Assembly: GCA_943355005.1 (NCBI GenBank)
Contig: CALRDV010000005.1
Coordinates: 4,999 to 68,998 of the forward strand
From: Patescibacteria group bacterium
GTDB lineage: Bacteria > Patescibacteriota > Microgenomatia > UBA1400 > MFAQ01
Length of the DNA stretch: 64,000 nucleotides
Direction of reading: 5' to 3'
Part shown: positions 60,567 to 64,000 of the stretch, in pieces
How positions within the stretch are numbered: the first letter of the stretch is position 1
Layout: each line of letters starts with the position of its first letter
Notes under the pieces: model-generated
Told to the model about the DNA's origin: nothing
What the model saw: only the letters and a program-made list of their open reading frames with translations
Database searches by the model: none
Made by a program: the position numbers and the translations under genes

Positions 60567-61364
60567 ATGAAATTATCAATTATTATCCTTGCTCGAAACG
60601 TTGCGGAAGAGATAGTTCCGGCAATCAAATCTTCCCAATTTGCCGATGAGGTTATTGTCGTCGATACCGGCTCCACGGATGGGACACAGGAAGTCTGCCG
60701 AAAGTTGGGGGTAAGACTAGTTCAATCCCCTGGAGATAGTTTTGCCAAGTGGCGCAACGATGGTGCAAAGTCCGCCAGAGGTGAATGGCTCTTGTACCTC
60801 GACTCCGATGAGCGTATCCCGGTTAAACTTGCCAAGGAAGTTTTGGCCACAATCGATTCCACCGAATTTTCTGCCTTTACCATTAGCCGCTATGAAGTAT
60901 TCTTGGGTAAACATCTAAATCACTGGGGGGACCCAAGGGTCCTAAGGCTTATGAGAAAAAATTCTCTTAAGCGTTGGGAGGGTAAGCTTCATGAGCAGCC
61001 AAAGATTGTAGGAAAGGTTGGAGATCTTCGTCAGCAAATGGTCCATTTGTCTCACAAAAATATCGATGAAAAAGTACACAGTACTTTAGCCTGGTCAAGA
61101 ATCGAAGCCAAAATGCTTCTGGACGCCGAACATCCTCCCATGGCGGGCTGGCGTTTTATTCGAATAATGTTGACCGAGTTTTGGGATAGATGTATCAAGC
61201 AAGGTTTGTGGCGAGATGGGACCGAGGGCTGGATAGAAATAATTTATCAAATGTTCAGTAAGTACATGACTTACGAACGTCTCTGGGAAATGCAGCGCAA
61301 ACCCTCACTAAAAGAAACCTACAAAAACATCGACAAACAAATACTAGAAGAATGGGAAAAATAA
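60567..61364 (+). CDS. Glycosyltransferase family 2
   Basis: It has LSIIILARNVAEEI, VVVDTGSTDGT and YLDSDERI. Confidence 0.75.
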   Translation: MKLSIIILARNVAEEIVPAIKSSQFADEVIVVDTGSTDGTQEVCRKLGVRLVQSPGDSFAKWRNDGAKSARGEWLLYLDSDERIPVKLAKEVLATIDSTEFSAFTISRYEVFLGKHLNHWGDPRVLRLMRKNSLKRWEGKLHEQPKIVGKVGDLRQQMVHLSHKNIDEKVHSTLAWSRIEAKMLLDAEHPPMAGWRFIRIMLTEFWDRCIKQGLWRDGTEGWIEIIYQMFSKYMTYERLWEMQRKPSLKETYKNIDKQILEEWEK

Positions 61365-62791
61365 ATATCTTCGGATTTGTAAAAAAGTATCAATTTTTTA
61401 TTGCCATCGGAATTATAGTTTTCATCTTTTACACCTTCAATCTAAATAGAAGTACTAGATTTATCTGGGATGAATCTAGAGCTTTGGTGGATATGCATCG
61501 GATTTGGGAACAAAAATTAATCACCTTTGTCGGTCCAATCTCGGAAGACAACTTAGAGATGTTCCCTTCACTTAGTTATTATATGTATCTTCCGGGAGCT
61601 ATTCTCACCAAATTTGATCCTCTGGGTCCTGTATACATGGCTGTATTATTTGGAATGTTTGCTTGGATTATATTCACTATCGTAATAGTCAAAAAAATAG
61701 GAATTGGCCTTAAATCATTCCTGTTTTCATTATTTGTTGGTATTCTAAATCCGGTTTTAATAGCCTCTCGATGGGCCTGGAATCCCAACCCGGTAATTTT
61801 TTGGATGATGCTATTCATTTCTTCTTTGTTTTTCGAAACTCCAATTGTTCTGTTTCTTGGCGGAGTGTCACTTGGAGCCACACTATACCACCACTATCTT
61901 GCTGCATTTGGGGTAATCCCAGCTCTAATTTTTCTACCGGTATTCTATAAAAATAATAAACATATTTTTAGAAACATTGGTTTTACAATTTCAGGATTCA
62001 TTTTTTCTATTATTCCATTCGCTCTTTTTGAGATTAAAAATCATTATTTCTTAAACTCTGCAAGTTTTTTGGCATCAAATCAAAAATCATTTACTACATT
62101 TTCTATAATCGGATATTGGGAAAGACTATGGAACTCCATAGTCATTTTTGCAGCGATGTTTTTTCCGAACAACCTTTTCTTTACAATTTTTTGTATTGCT
62201 ATGTTTACAGGATTATTTTTAATTTTCAAAAGGGATAACACGATTAGGTATGCATTTCTATCGTTGGTGTTTTCATTCTTATTATTTGGCTTTGTAAGAG
62301 TTACATATTCTCATTACCAATATATTCAGGTGGGATTTGCCCTTCTATTTGTATTTGGCTATCTAATGGTGACCAAGAGCATGTTTGGAAAGTTCGCTAT
62401 CTCCCTTCTCTTAGTTAGCGCACTGTTTATGGGAATTAGGCAAATAAATCAATTTACCTGGCAAGGGGACATCGATGCTGTCAGGAAAATTTCCAGCATT
62501 ATTTCCTTGGAAACTGAGTCAAAAGTGAATATTGCCGCAATATCGAGTGCGGACCCAAATACTACGGGCCAAAAGTATAGGGACATGCTCTTGATAGGAG
62601 GAAAGACTTTGGATGCTTACAATAAGTATCCCGAGGATAAAGTTCTCTATGTCGTATCAAACAGTCTTGATCAAGCAGAAATTAGAACAGACCCCGCTTG
62701 GGAGATGCAGCCGTTTCGAGGCGCTATAATTACCCATACCTGGAAAGTGAGTAATTATCCGACATATCTATATCGTTTTGAAAAAATATGA
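61352..62791 (+). CDS. GT-C family membrane glycosyltransferase (ArnT/PMT-like)
   Basis: It has 12 or more TM helices, an early-loop WDESR acidic motif and a C-terminal soluble domain. Confidence 0.5.
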   Translation: MGKINIFGFVKKYQFFIAIGIIVFIFYTFNLNRSTRFIWDESRALVDMHRIWEQKLITFVGPISEDNLEMFPSLSYYMYLPGAILTKFDPLGPVYMAVLFGMFAWIIFTIVIVKKIGIGLKSFLFSLFVGILNPVLIASRWAWNPNPVIFWMMLFISSLFFETPIVLFLGGVSLGATLYHHYLAAFGVIPALIFLPVFYKNNKHIFRNIGFTISGFIFSIIPFALFEIKNHYFLNSASFLASNQKSFTTFSIIGYWERLWNSIVIFAAMFFPNNLFFTIFCIAMFTGLFLIFKRDNTIRYAFLSLVFSFLLFGFVRVTYSHYQYIQVGFALLFVFGYLMVTKSMFGKFAISLLLVSALFMGIRQINQFTWQGDIDAVRKISSIISLETESKVNIAAISSADPNTTGQKYRDMLLIGGKTLDAYNKYPEDKVLYVVSNSLDQAEIRTDPAWEMQPFRGAIITHTWKVSNYPTYLYRFEKI

Positions 62792-63852
62792 AAAAAGCTT
62801 TACTCTTCGACCCATACATGGACACTCTTGGAGGAGGGGAGAGGTACGTTCTCTCCTTCGCTTTGGGTCTGATTAAAAACGGTTACTCCGTCACATTGGC
62901 CTGGAACTCCGACAAAGAGTTGAGAGAAGCCGAAAAACGTTTTGGCCTGGACTTCTCTAAAATTATGGTGGATTCCGCCGCTTACGATCTTTGTAGTCAG
63001 AAATCAGCCTACGCCGAAAGGCTAAACTTCACCAAGGACTATGATCTGATTTTTTGGGTCAGTGATGGCAGTTTGCCTTTTTTGTTCTCCAAAAACAATC
63101 TTATTCATCTTCAAGTTCCATTCAAAAAGTTTGGTTCCAATGCTGTCATTAATAATCTAAAAACTGTATTTGTAAAAAAGTTTGTCTACAACTCCAACTT
63201 TACCAAAGAAGTTTTGGAAAAACAGCTGCCGGCTTCTAAAGGTTTTGTTCTATATCCTCCCATCGATATCGATAAATTATCTTCAGGTGAGAAAGAAAAT
63301 GTCATTCTCTCAGTTGGTCGTTTCGATTCACCTTCTCATAGTAAACGCCAAGATGTTTTGGTTGAAGCTTTTAAAATTCTTTCAAAGAAAAACAAAGATT
63401 TTAAGTTGGTTCTAGCCGGAGGATTAGTTGGAGATGAAACTCTTATGAATAAAATTAAAGCTTCAGCCGAAGGATTGAATATTGAGTTCGTTATCAATCC
63501 GGACTTTACCGAGCTAAAGTCGATGTATTCCAAGTCTAAGTTTTATTGGCACGCCGCCGGCTACGAAGTTGACGAGATGAAAGATCCGGAAAAGGTTGAG
63601 CACTTTGGTATGACCACGGTGGAGGCCATGGCATCCGGTGCAGTCCCCATTGTGATATCCAAAGGTGGCCAGAAGGAAATTGTGACTCCGGAGACGGGAT
63701 TCCTATGTGAAACTCCTGAAGAAATTGCAGACAAAACTCTTTTGCTAATTTCAGACCAAGTAAAGCTTACCGAAATGTCCAAGACTTGCTTAAATAGGTC
63801 AAAGGTCTTTTCTATTGATAATTTTTATGAAAAAATTAAGGTCTTATTATGA
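62788..63852 (+). CDS. Glycosyltransferase family 4 (GT-B)
   Basis: The C-terminal domain reads EHFGMTTVEAMASGAVPIVISKGGQKEIV, which is the E-x7-E region typical of GT4. Confidence 0.75.
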   Translation: MKKALLFDPYMDTLGGGERYVLSFALGLIKNGYSVTLAWNSDKELREAEKRFGLDFSKIMVDSAAYDLCSQKSAYAERLNFTKDYDLIFWVSDGSLPFLFSKNNLIHLQVPFKKFGSNAVINNLKTVFVKKFVYNSNFTKEVLEKQLPASKGFVLYPPIDIDKLSSGEKENVILSVGRFDSPSHSKRQDVLVEAFKILSKKNKDFKLVLAGGLVGDETLMNKIKASAEGLNIEFVINPDFTELKSMYSKSKFYWHAAGYEVDEMKDPEKVEHFGMTTVEAMASGAVPIVISKGGQKEIVTPETGFLCETPEEIADKTLLLISDQVKLTEMSKTCLNRSKVFSIDNFYEKIKVLL

Positions 63853-64000
63853 AAAATATAATCATGTTTGATAGGAAGAACTTCTGGCCGATACTGATAT
63901 TTTCTCTCATAATTATCACTACCCTTATTAAGGGTGCAGAAGTCCTCAATAATAATTTTCCAATTACTACCGACCAAGGCAGAGATCTGGTTGATATTCG
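63849..64000 (+). CDS. Start of a further membrane protein (truncated by the window edge)
   Basis: An ATG at 63849 overlaps the previous stop codon, and the ORF has a hydrophobic N-terminus (NFWPILIFSLIIIT). Confidence 0.3.
   Translation, partial: MKNIIMFDRKNFWPILIFSLIIITTLIKGAEVLNNNFPITTDQGRDLVDI

Noticed and set aside
1-64000. An alternative genetic code (UGA recoded as Gly or Trp, as in some reduced-genome lineages)
   Set aside because: Standard-code translation already yields uninterrupted ORFs of 1.5-4.8 kb with intact catalytic motifs, and gene ends coincide with operon-style start overlaps. There is no sign of in-frame TGA inside conserved domains.
1-64000. tRNA, rRNA or other structured RNA genes
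   Set aside because: I saw no stretch with clover-leaf-compatible GC-rich stems and a TTCGAAT-like T-loop. The intergenic spaces are short and mostly occupied by the palindromic elements. A covariance-model scan (tRNAscan/Infernal) would be needed to exclude small ncRNAs.

Overview
This 64-kb window is an almost entirely plus-strand, densely packed cell-envelope locus from a low-GC bacterium. The gene content (type IV pilus genes, class-E-like sortases, many GT2/GT4/GT-C glycosyltransferases, a dTDP-rhamnose operon) would fit a Patescibacteria/CPR-like or Gram-positive-like episymbiont; that is an inference only. The standard genetic code gives long uninterrupted ORFs.

Gene content, 5' to 3':
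(i) A secreted subtilisin (S8) protease, then a SipW-type signal peptidase with a SipW-cognate secreted protein and a collagen-like secreted protein.
(ii) A type IV pilus operon: the PilB ATPase, PilC platform, four pseudopilin/pilin-like genes including a 600-aa giant pilin, a PilM/N-like gene, and a major pilin with a promoter and an intrinsic terminator.
(iii) A very large glycan-assembly region:
- a 1593-aa megaprotein (processive GT2 synthase-like + MOP-flippase-like membrane domain + GT4);
- three tandem GT2 paralogues;
- a CE4 polysaccharide deacetylase, a GT4 and an SDR;
- several GT-C-type polytopic membrane proteins and Dpm1-like GT2s (one fused to GtrA);
- a processive-GT2 fused to a GH26-like hydrolase, followed by two more GH26-like paralogues;
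- rmlABCD and a Wzx-like flippase.
(iv) An LAxTG-type surface protein followed by one intact and one catalytically degenerate sortase.
(v) Housekeeping genes trmD and orn, a MazG-like gene, a SagB-type dehydrogenase, and a CDGSH/Cys-rich protein.

The most striking feature is a family of about 18 short (30–45 bp) hairpin-forming palindromic repeats in two related forms (type 1: GTCATTCCGGGCTTGACCCGGAATCCAG; type 2: GTCATTGCGAG-N8-25-(GAAG/GTGG)CAATCY), all in the same orientation. They lie in many intergenic gaps. At least 11 copies are inserted in frame inside three large membrane-protein genes, where they encode short hydrophilic peptide modules (VIPGSTRNPE, SVIASKAKQSS, SSLRGTPWQSS and similar). 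This is analogous to Rickettsia palindromic elements. One tandem cluster of four copies forms the linker that joins the synthase and flippase/GT4 halves of the megaprotein.

I found no rRNA genes or CRISPR array, and recognised no tRNA by eye.
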